A stretch of 64,000 nucleotides of DNA from Bacillota bacterium (GTDB taxonomy: Bacteria; Bacillota; PH28-bin88): NCBI GenBank assembly GCA_040757295.1, contig JBFLXH010000006.1, positions 23,300-87,299 of the forward strand, written 5' to 3'. Shown piece by piece: positions 55,678 through 63,441 of this stretch. Below the pieces are notes generated by a model. It saw only the letters and a program-made list of their open reading frames with translations. It made no database searches and had not been told where the DNA came from. The translations under genes were made by a program, and so were the position numbers. Numbering within the stretch: position 1 is the first letter of the stretch; every line of letters begins with the position of its first letter.

Positions 55678-56016
55678 TGCTGGCCACCCCTTTTAACCAT
55701 TATATTCCATTATAGAATATTTCGATAGCTTGGAGCTAAAATCCTTTTTCCGAAGCCAGAGGAGGAATAAAGCAAGCCATATCACTCATATTCTCAGCCG
55801 ATGCGTTATTCAAAAAAAATCCCCAGGGGCTGGTACCCTGGGGTTAAATGCCAACATTATTTCCCTGTGGACAAGCCTGTCTGGCTCGAACGGTTTCCAA
55901 GCCTGTGCCGTAACCAGTGCAGGATTAGCCCGCAAGCCAGGATGCCCAAGCCGAGGGTGTCTGTGCTGATGCTAGGATTAATGAGGGTAAGGGAGGCTAT
56001 GAAGAAGAGCAGGCGC

Positions 56017-56400
56017 TCATGAATCTTCAGATGGCCAAACAGGTAGTTTTATACCGGTCAAGGCTGTTGCCGGAGTGCTGATTGAACTTAGTTTACCTTC
56101 CCGGTCCAGGGTAATAATTCCGCTATGGATGTTGTCCAGGATTTGCTCCTTCAGCTGATCGCTGGCGGCCAGCCGGGAATTGAGCAAATCAAGTTCTATA
56201 GTCCTGCGGGTTACTTCCCGTTGGAGCATCCGGTTCCACCGCATCGTTAAGAGCGCTACCGCCGCTACCAGCGCCAGGGCCAAACTAACGCCATAAGTGA
56301 CTTGCTTTAAATTTTTATTATTTGTTTCAATTAATTCCCCAAACCACTTGCGGTAAATCTTTTCATAAGTGCCGTTGGCTTTAATGGCCTTAATACCGTC
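56017..56400 (-). pseudogene. internal fragment of a sensor protein (end of periplasmic solute-binding domain, TM helix, start of PAS)
   Basis: Reverse translation gives DGIKAIKANGTYEKIYRKWFGEL...VSLALALVAAVALLTMRWNR...SGIITLDREGKL. The 5' side is cut exactly at the repeat edge (56401) and the 3' side ends prematurely. Confidence 0.6.
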
Positions 56401-56513
56401 ATTATATACTCGGCAAGGGATAAAATTGCATTATCATAATGAAGCCGAGTATGAAATTCGCTTTGAGGCCACGGTAAATCAATGAATAATTAGTGGCCTT
56501 GCTCATTATAATG
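56401..56513 (+). repeat. hairpin-repeat family, unit A copy
   Basis: ATTATATACTCGGCAAGGGATAAAATTGCATTATCATAATGAAGCCGAGTATGAAATTCGCTTTGAGGCCACGGTAAATCAATGAATAATTAGTGGCCTTGCTCATTATAATG. Confidence 0.9.
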
Positions 56514-56694
56514 TTTTTAGGCCTTGCAAGGGGATCCCTCCTTGAAAACAATGAGACAAGGGAATAATTCGCGGGCAAATCATCTTCCCCTGCTTTTGGT
56601 TTTCTGGAAATGCCGAGAAAAAAACACCTGGTATAAAGGAAAAAACTGTCTCAACTCGAAGCATTATGAAAGTGCATTCTGGGGGGATAAGCAA

Positions 56695-57333
56695 ATGGCT
56701 GCGGTATATTTGATCAGGCACGGCCGTACCCGGTGGAATAAGGAAGAGGTTTTCCGGGGGCAGACAGAAGTGCCCCTTGATGATTGGGGCCGCAGGCAGG
56801 CTCAAGCCGTCGGCCGGGCCTTGCAGGGAAAGGGTATTGAGGCTGTAATCACTAGCCCCCTGGGAAGGGCGGTGGAAACGGCGGAACTGGCCAAATTGGC
56901 TTGGGGTGACATTCCGCTCCTGGTGGAGCCGGGGCTGACGGATGTCCATTTTGGGGAGTGGCAGGGGCTGTCCCGGCAAGAAGTGGCAAGCCGTTATCCC
57001 CAGTTGTATCGGGACTGGGCACAGCATCCCGGACAGGTGGCATTTCCCGGGGGAGAAATCATGGAAGAAGCTGCTGAGCGGTGTTGGGAAGCTTTTCAAA
57101 GGATTTGCAATGATTACCGGGGAAGATCGGTCGCTGTGGTCACCCACCGGGTAATCACCAAAATCCTGCTGAACCGGGTGCTGGGAGCAGGGTGGCAGGG
57201 TTTCTGGAAGCTTCGCCAGGACACGGCCTGTATTAATCTCCTGGAGTCCGCCGGGGAGTTCCTGGTGGTCCAGCACCTCAACGAAACCTGCCACCTGAAG
57301 GAGCTAGGGGCGGGCGACAGGATCGACTTTTAA
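56695..57333 (+). CDS. histidine phosphatase family protein (phosphoglycerate mutase/CobC-like)
   Basis: MAAVYLIRHGRTRWN... carries the RHG catalytic motif, with VVTHRV later. I use the internal ATG at 56695; the track ORF starts at 56524. Confidence 0.88.
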   Translation: MAAVYLIRHGRTRWNKEEVFRGQTEVPLDDWGRRQAQAVGRALQGKGIEAVITSPLGRAVETAELAKLAWGDIPLLVEPGLTDVHFGEWQGLSRQEVASRYPQLYRDWAQHPGQVAFPGGEIMEEAAERCWEAFQRICNDYRGRSVAVVTHRVITKILLNRVLGAGWQGFWKLRQDTACINLLESAGEFLVVQHLNETCHLKELGAGDRIDF

Positions 57334-57398
57334 CTGGTGCCTGTTGGCTTGACGATCAGCTAAAATGCCAGTTCGAGCTACGGCTTGGGCGGGTGAGA

Positions 57399-58274
57399 CT
57401 ATAGTCCCCGGTACCTTTCAGGCCGGAAATACCCCTGGTCCTTTTCCCGGAGGACCTGGTCTAGGAGTGCCAGTAATGCCTCCCGGTCCTGGCTCAAGGT
57501 GCCCTTTAAAGCCAGGTAGTTGGAGGCGTGGTTGCTGCGGAAAACGCAGCCGGTCAAGGAAAGACTGGCCAAGAGCAGCCGGGTTTCCAGGGCTGTTTCC
57601 AGGGGGTCCAGCAATGAAAAACGGCCTTCCCGGATCCAATGATCAAGGGGAGTCCCGGGTTTGACCATCAGTGTCAACAAACCCAGGTACTGGGGGGCGA
57701 TGGCATTCAGCACCCTGGCGGTTTCCGAGGCATGCTCTTCCCAGTGTTCCCGGCCTCCTAACCCCGAGATAACGGTGACCGAAAGATCAATCCCTGCATT
57801 AACGCCTTTGCGGCCGGCCAGAACCATTTCTTCGGCGCTAACCCCTTTACCCATTAGCTGCAGGATGCGGTCACTCCCGCTTTCAATGCCCATGTAGATC
57901 ATGCCTAGGCCGTGCTCTTTCAGCGCAACCAGTTCTTCCGGCTTTTTGGCCAGGATATCCTTGGGACCCCCGTAGACAGATACCCTCTGCAAGTGGGGAA
58001 AGTCGCGGTAAAGCCGGTCCAGCAAGCGCAGCAGCAGTTCTGTGTCAGCGGCCAGGGCATCACCGTCCGCCAGGAAAATCCGCCCCACTCCTGGGACCGT
58101 TGCTTTAGCTTCCGCCAGGTCTTCCTCTATCTCTTCCCATGTTTTGACAGAGAATTGCTTTCCTTTGTACATGCAGCAAAAAGCGCACCGGTTGTGGGCG
58201 CAGCCGATGGTAACCTGCAGGATCAAGCTGTCGGCTTCGCTGGGCGGCCGCCACAGGGGCAGGTTGTACTTCAT
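57399..58274 (-). CDS. radical SAM protein of unassigned subfamily
   Basis: 291-aa ORF with the CAHNRCAFC (CX3CX2C) cluster motif near the N-terminus and an AGGAGTGG RBS. Confidence 0.85.
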   Translation of the reverse strand: MKYNLPLWRPPSEADSLILQVTIGCAHNRCAFCCMYKGKQFSVKTWEEIEEDLAEAKATVPGVGRIFLADGDALAADTELLLRLLDRLYRDFPHLQRVSVYGGPKDILAKKPEELVALKEHGLGMIYMGIESGSDRILQLMGKGVSAEEMVLAGRKGVNAGIDLSVTVISGLGGREHWEEHASETARVLNAIAPQYLGLLTLMVKPGTPLDHWIREGRFSLLDPLETALETRLLLASLSLTGCVFRSNHASNYLALKGTLSQDREALLALLDQVLREKDQGYFRPERYRGL

Positions 58275-58289
58275 TGATTTTCCACTCCT

Positions 58290-58532
58290 CTAGTTCGGGG
58301 TTTGGACCTGATTAATGATTCGCCGGTCAGCCCCGATTTCCTGTCTTGTCGGCAGGGTGATCGGGGTCGGTTTTTTCACCGCAGGTTTTTTTGAGGGAAT
58401 AATAATTTTGTGGTTAAATGGGGTAAGGAGAAAACTGCCATAGGCTTGGGCAGCGCCGAATACCAGTAATGCAGTGGCGTAGCCGCTCTTATGCCGTCGC
58501 TTTACAGAAGCGGGGGGTATAATACTCGGCAA
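58290..58532 (-). CDS. small ORF translationally coupled to the radical SAM gene; its only start codon lies inside the repeat (possibly a truncated gene)
   Basis: 80-aa ORF with one hydrophobic segment (YATALLVFGAAQAYGSFLL). Its stop overlaps the RBS of the radical SAM gene. The TTG start at 58532 is part of the repeat stem. Confidence 0.3.
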   Translation of the reverse strand: MPSIIPPASVKRRHKSGYATALLVFGAAQAYGSFLLTPFNHKIIIPSKKPAVKKPTPITLPTRQEIGADRRIINQVQTPN

Positions 58533-58654
58533 AAAATAAAATTTTATTACAATAACTAATGAAGCCGAGTAGGAAATTCGCCTTCAGGCCACGTCAGATA
58601 AATGTATATTTTGTGGCCTGGCTCATTTTAGAGCGGGTAGCCATCTGTGATAAA
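58518..58654 (+). repeat. hairpin-repeat family, C-type copy with intact right TIR
   Basis: TATAATACTCGGC...GAAGCCGAGTAGGAAATTCGCCTTCAGGCCAC...GTGGCCTGGCTCATTTTAGAGCGGGTAGCCATCTGTGATAAA. Confidence 0.9.
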
Positions 58655-58718
58655 AAGGACTTTAACCTTTAGTTGTCGAAGTTTTTTTGCCAAATAGATT
58701 TGGAAAGTGGTGATATTT

Positions 58719-59885
58719 TTGTCCACCGGCAGCTGCAGCGTATCTGTAAAAGCTCAGGAAATACCTTCTTTTATCGTGATGGACGTTTTGGAAAAGGCCA
58801 AACAAATGGAGGCCCAGGGAGAACATATTATTCACCTGGAAGTGGGAGAACCTGATCAGGACACCCCGCAGCCAATTGTGGAAGCAGCGGCGAAAGCTAT
58901 GCGAGAGGGGGATACCCACTATACCCACAGCCTTGGCAAGATGGAATTACGGGAAGAAATCTCCAGGTATTACCATCGGAAATATGGTGTAGAAGTATCT
59001 CCTGATCGCATTATTGTGACTTCTGGCACCTCCCCGGCCATGCTGTTAATTTTTTCAGCCTTGTTGAACAGGGGCGAAGAAATTATTTTGTCTGATCCCC
59101 ACTATGCCTGCTATCCTAATTTTATCCGGTACGTTGATGGGCAGCCTGTATTTGTGCCGGTCAGCGAACAGGACGGATTTAAATACCGCATGGAGAATAT
59201 CAAGGGAAAAATAACCCCTTTAACAAAAGGAGTGTTATTAAACTCTCCTGCCAATCCGACTGGAAATGTGTTTTCGGGGCAAGAACTGCAGGAAATTGCG
59301 GCCCTTGATCATTACATTGTCTCTGATGAAATATATCACGGCCTTACCTATGAAGGAGAAGAACACACCATTTTGGAATATACGGATAAGGCTTTTGTAA
59401 TTAACGGTTTTTCCAAACTTTATGCCATGACCGGCTGGCGTCTTGGCTATGTAATTGCACCTCCAGAGTTTGTCCGGCCAATGCAAAAACTCCAGCAGAA
59501 CCTGTTCATCTGTGCCGGGTCTTTTGTCCAAGCCGGTGGGATTGCTGCCCTGCGGGAATGTGATGACCACGTGGCCAAAATGGTGACGGTTTATGACCAG
59601 CGCCGGCGCTACCTCTTATCCCGCTTGAAAACCCTGGGAATTGCCACGCAGGTTGAACCCACCGGAGCCTTCTATGCACTGGCAAATGTCAAAGAGTATA
59701 CCATGGATTCCTATTCCTTCGCTTTTGAAATCCTGGAACAAGCCAAGGTAGCCGTTACCCCCGGCATTGATTTTGGGCGCAATTGTGAGGGTTACCTCCG
59801 TTTTTCCTATGCTAATTCGCTGGAAAATATTAAGGAGGGCCTTGACCGCTTAGAGGCCTTTCTGGAACGAAAAACCCTAAAGTAA
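58719..59885 (+). CDS. class I/II pyridoxal-phosphate-dependent aminotransferase
   Basis: IPSFIVMDVLEKA...HLEVGEPD N-terminal region and the PLP-lysine context NGFSKLYAMTGWRLGY. The start is uncertain (GTG 58707/58710 or TTG 58719). Confidence 0.9.
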   Translation: MSTGSCSVSVKAQEIPSFIVMDVLEKAKQMEAQGEHIIHLEVGEPDQDTPQPIVEAAAKAMREGDTHYTHSLGKMELREEISRYYHRKYGVEVSPDRIIVTSGTSPAMLLIFSALLNRGEEIILSDPHYACYPNFIRYVDGQPVFVPVSEQDGFKYRMENIKGKITPLTKGVLLNSPANPTGNVFSGQELQEIAALDHYIVSDEIYHGLTYEGEEHTILEYTDKAFVINGFSKLYAMTGWRLGYVIAPPEFVRPMQKLQQNLFICAGSFVQAGGIAALRECDDHVAKMVTVYDQRRRYLLSRLKTLGIATQVEPTGAFYALANVKEYTMDSYSFAFEILEQAKVAVTPGIDFGRNCEGYLRFSYANSLENIKEGLDRLEAFLERKTLK

Positions 59886-59898
59886 GCTGTGTTTTACT

Positions 59899-59927
59899 GG
59901 CCCGGGATACCCGGGTCTTACTTTTTT
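59899..59927 (+). terminator. intrinsic terminator
   Basis: GGCCCGGGATACCCGGGTC followed by TTACTTTTTT. Confidence 0.65.
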
Positions 59928-59946
59928 CTAAAAAGACCATCTGTTG

Positions 59947-60052
59947 ACAATAACTAATGAAGCCGAGTAGGAAATTCGCTTTCAGGCCACGTCAAATAAA
60001 GGTATATTTTATGGCCCGGCTCATTTTAGAGCGGGTAGCCATCTGTGATAAA
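59947..60052 (+). repeat. hairpin-repeat family, C-type copy lacking the left arm, intact right TIR
   Basis: ACAATAACTAATGAAGCCGAGTAGGAAATTCGCTTTCAGGCCAC...ATGGCCCGGCTCATTTTAGAGCGGGTAGCCATCTGTGATAAA. It is a direct repeat of 58548-58654. Confidence 0.9.
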
Positions 60053-60080
60053 GAGAACAAGTGAGAGGGGTCTTAATCAA

Positions 60081-60350
60081 ATGACTAAACTGGCCCAACA
60101 TGCCACACCGGTTTTTCAGGCCGAACCGGTATATCCTATCAGTTACGAAGAATATGTATTGCGGGTTAGAGGGTTAGTAGAAAAACCTATTGATTATTCA
60201 TGGGACCTTCTTCGCGGTTTGCCCCATTCACCGGTTAAACAAATCGACCAATTACGGGAGGAAAAGTGTTGGATTTTGAGAAGGGCTTTTGATCATTTAT
60301 TAAATCATCGGGCAGGAATTTGGCTTTATTTAAAGAAAAAGATGCCATAA
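60081..60350 (+). pseudogene. N-terminal relic of a molybdopterin-binding oxidoreductase (sulfite oxidase/MsrP-like fold)
   Basis: YEEYVLRVRGLVEKPIDYSWDLLRGLP is the typical start of the Oxidored_molyb domain. The remainder of the ORF is unrelated and short. Confidence 0.4.
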
Positions 60351-60386
60351 AGCCGTTTTAAATTCCAACGCGGAGGAGAAGTGCAG

Positions 60387-60767
60387 ATGATCAAGCGCAT
60401 TGACCATGTAGCTGTAATTGTTAAGGACTTGGAGATTTCCGCAAAGTTCTATCAAGAAAATTTTGGCTTTAAGAAAGTATTGGAAAGGGAAGTTCCTAAT
60501 TCCTACGTGAAAAAAATAGTTTTTCTGCGTTTAGAGGGCGGGGAAGCTGAGATTGAATTAATGCATATTCCGGAAGCCAAGCCGGTTGAAGGTATTCATA
60601 TCTGCTTCAAGACCGATAATTTCATGGGGGATTACCAACGCTTAAAAGAAGCGGGTCTGCCTGTTGTGGTTGAACCGCTGGAAGTGCCGATTCGTTACGG
60701 GGAAGGAACCGGGCACAGGGCCATGTTCCGGGGGCCTGATAATGAATTGCTTGAGATTTATGGTTAG
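60387..60767 (+). CDS. VOC (glyoxalase/methylmalonyl-CoA epimerase-like) family protein
   Basis: MIKRIDHVAVIVKDLEISAKFYQENFGF... is the typical VOC beta-alpha-beta-beta-beta module. GGAGGAG RBS. Confidence 0.85.
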   Translation: MIKRIDHVAVIVKDLEISAKFYQENFGFKKVLEREVPNSYVKKIVFLRLEGGEAEIELMHIPEAKPVEGIHICFKTDNFMGDYQRLKEAGLPVVVEPLEVPIRYGEGTGHRAMFRGPDNELLEIYG

Positions 60768-60805
60768 CGCTGAAAATTTATTTTGAGAAATGGGGGTTAG
60801 CAGCA

Positions 60806-62113
60806 GTGATTAAGGAGTTTACCGTCAAAATCGAAGGAGCAGAAAACCTCACCTTTCCCAGGATGGTTCCGGTAAGACAAAAATTCAATACCCAGCGGGT
60901 AGATAGTATTCCCGTTGCGGTGCGCCAGGAATTCTCCAAGCCCGAGGTAATCAGGGATCTGAAACCTGGGGCAAAAGTAGCTGTGGCTGTTGGCAGCAGA
61001 GGTATTGCCAACCTAAAGGAAATCGTCAAGGCTGTAGTAGAAGAGTTAAAGGGTCTTGGCACTCAGCCGTTTATTGTTCCGGGGATGGCCAGCCACGGGG
61101 GTGCTACGGCAGAGGGACAAGAAGAAGTACTCGCCAGCTTTGGGATTACTGCGGCAGAAATGGGCGTTCCTCTGATAGCCTCCATGGATGTTGTTGAACT
61201 GGGAACCGTAGACGGCTGTCCCCTGTTCTTCGATAAGGTTGCTTTCGAATCTGACGCCGTGGTTATGATTAACAGGATAAAGCCCCATACCAGTTTCAAA
61301 GGCCCCGTTGAGAGCGGACTGTTAAAGATGCTGGTTATTGGATTAGGCAACCACAAGGGAGCGACAGCTATCCACAGTATGGGCTTTGACCGTTTCCGGG
61401 AACTGATTCCCAAAGCTGGCACACTGATTCTGGGTAAAATCCCGCCAGCTGTCGGAGTTGCCGTTCTGGAAAACGCTTATGATGAAACAGCAAAGATAGT
61501 GGCAGTGCCGGGTGCAGCCATTCCAAGCAGAGAGCCCGAGCTGCTGGCTGAAGCGAAAAGCTTTATGCCCAGGCTTTTAATGGAGTCCATAGATGTTTTG
61601 ATTGTTGACGAGATTGGGAAAGACATCAGCGGTTCTGGAATGGACCCTAACATCACCGGGCGGGTTGCATCTGGATTAAAGGAAGGGTTTAACGCTCCCC
61701 CGATCCAGAAGATTTTGGTGCTTGGTCTGACTGAGCGAACTCATGGTAGCGCGGTGGGGATTGGGATGGCAGATGTTACTACCAGGAAGCTGGTGTCAAA
61801 TATCAATTTCAGTTACACCTACGCCAATTCCATCACTTCAACAGTAGTAGGGGCGGCAAAAATCCCCATGTTTTTAAATACGGAAAAAGAAGCCCTGTTG
61901 GTAGCGGTGAAAACCTGCAACAGGGTGAAGCCTGAACAGGCCAAGATCGTCCGCATCAAAAACACCTTGGAGCTTAATCACATTCTTGTTTCAGAACCCT
62001 ACCTGGCAGAACTTGCGGGGCGGGAGGACATAGAAATCTTGGGAGAACCATTCCCCCTGGAGTTTGACAATCAAGGGGATATCCTTGGTCCCTCAGGGTC
62101 TCGCCACTGGTAA
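60806..62113 (+). CDS. LarA-like (DUF2088, nickel-pincer isomerase family) protein, tentative
   Basis: 435-aa ORF. AVGSRGIANL...PFIVPGMASHGGATAEGQ resembles the lactate-racemase-domain family as I remember it. The CDS call is firm; the family call is tentative. Confidence 0.7.
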   Translation: MIKEFTVKIEGAENLTFPRMVPVRQKFNTQRVDSIPVAVRQEFSKPEVIRDLKPGAKVAVAVGSRGIANLKEIVKAVVEELKGLGTQPFIVPGMASHGGATAEGQEEVLASFGITAAEMGVPLIASMDVVELGTVDGCPLFFDKVAFESDAVVMINRIKPHTSFKGPVESGLLKMLVIGLGNHKGATAIHSMGFDRFRELIPKAGTLILGKIPPAVGVAVLENAYDETAKIVAVPGAAIPSREPELLAEAKSFMPRLLMESIDVLIVDEIGKDISGSGMDPNITGRVASGLKEGFNAPPIQKILVLGLTERTHGSAVGIGMADVTTRKLVSNINFSYTYANSITSTVVGAAKIPMFLNTEKEALLVAVKTCNRVKPEQAKIVRIKNTLELNHILVSEPYLAELAGREDIEILGEPFPLEFDNQGDILGPSGSRHW

Positions 62114-62115
62114 GA

Positions 62116-62994
62116 TTAAAAACGTTTCAATGCAATACCCTGCCGGATTTGTTCAATCGCCTGCAGGGTTTCTTCTTGCCTTAAGAGGGAAACCCCTACC
62201 ACCAAAAGGTCGATCAGGCACAACTGGGACAGTCTTGCGGCCATGGCTTCTGTACGGAAAGTGGTCTCATTGGCGGCAACGAAAAGGTGAATGTCTGAAA
62301 CCTTGGTGATGGGGGATTTCATGTAGCTGGTGATGCAGATGGTTTTTGCTCCGGCTTCCTTGGCCACCCGCAGGGACTGGATTACATCTTTGTTGCTGCC
62401 CGAGTGGGAAATGCCTACAGCCACATCTTTGCAGGTGAGCAAACTGGCGGAGATTACCTGCATATGGGGGTCATTATAGGCTGCTGTGATCAGGCCCGTT
62501 TTCAGCATTTTATGGTGGGCATCCATGGCAATAATGCCGGAGGAGGCGGAGCCGTAGAAATCAATTTTGGAAGCAGAAGCCATGGCCATGACAGCATTTT
62601 CTACCTGGCGGAAATCCAGAATATGGAAGGTATCCTCCAGGCTTTTTTTCGCGCTGAAAAAGACTTTGGTTGCCAGTGACCTGGTGTCATCATCAACAGA
62701 TATTTCCTCATGGATGTTTTTTAGGGGTTCAACCAGGCTTTTGGACAGGGCAATTTTTAAGTCCTGATAGCCGCTGCAGCCGATTTTTTTGCATACCCTC
62801 ACCACAGTTGCCTCAGCCGTATCACACTTTTCGGCAAGTTCGGTTATTGGCATATGGATAATAGATTCCGGGTTTGACATTATATAACTGGCTACCCTGC
62901 CCTCTGCGGGTTTTAGGGAGGGCTCTATGCTGCGGAGGCGAACCAGAACTCCATCGATATTCAGTCTTTTTCTCGTCACATGATCTTCCCCCAT
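62116..62994 (-). CDS. MurR/RpiR family transcriptional regulator (HTH + SIS domain)
   Basis: 292-aa ORF with an N-terminal HTH (ITELAEKCDTAEATVVRVCKKIG) and a SIS domain (GISHSGSNKD). Confidence 0.9.
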   Translation of the reverse strand: MGEDHVTRKRLNIDGVLVRLRSIEPSLKPAEGRVASYIMSNPESIIHMPITELAEKCDTAEATVVRVCKKIGCSGYQDLKIALSKSLVEPLKNIHEEISVDDDTRSLATKVFFSAKKSLEDTFHILDFRQVENAVMAMASASKIDFYGSASSGIIAMDAHHKMLKTGLITAAYNDPHMQVISASLLTCKDVAVGISHSGSNKDVIQSLRVAKEAGAKTICITSYMKSPITKVSDIHLFVAANETTFRTEAMAARLSQLCLIDLLVVGVSLLRQEETLQAIEQIRQGIALKRF

Positions 62995-63441
62995 ATAATT
63001 GCCCTATTTTTGTCGCAATAGAAAATAAAAAAGGGACTTAACTGGTAATTCTGCAATTTTACTAAAAATCCTGTTAAAAAGAAAATTAATTTCCTGTTCA
63101 CCCATAAAATTTCCCTAAAAAACCCTTTCGGCTGAAGCTGAACCTTTGAAAATAAAGGGAAAACGTCCGCTAAAGAGATAATTATGTAATTCTTGAATAA
63201 AAATCTCTTGCGAAAAACCGTTATCTTTACTGAAAAAAGTTTCCTTCCGCAGAAGGAGATTCTAAAGCAGTGGCTAATACAAAGATAGGGGGTTTTCTAA
63301 ACTCTCTGATAGTGTGAAGTGGGTGAAATTTGCAAAAACAGCAGAGGGGGGGGCGATCAGGGAATAAATTATTTCCGGTGTCGTTTACTGTTTGGACGTG
63401 ACAACAGGCTATTTCGTAATTACAGGAGGGATATGGTTTAA

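Noticed and set aside
57365-58293. Plus-strand ORFs overlapping the radical SAM gene: 57365-57664, 57661-57897, 57912-58277 and 58042-58293.
   Set aside because: They are opposite a gene with a clear CX3CX2C motif and RBS. The translations are Pro/Gly/Arg-rich without motifs.
8309-60052. The repeated ~100-nt palindromic units might have been a CRISPR array or integron attC sites.
   Set aside because: The copies are kilobases apart, irregularly spaced and in both orientations. There are no short unique spacers, no cas genes and no intI gene. The units are longer and more structured than CRISPR repeats and lack the attC R/L box pattern (GTTRRRY).
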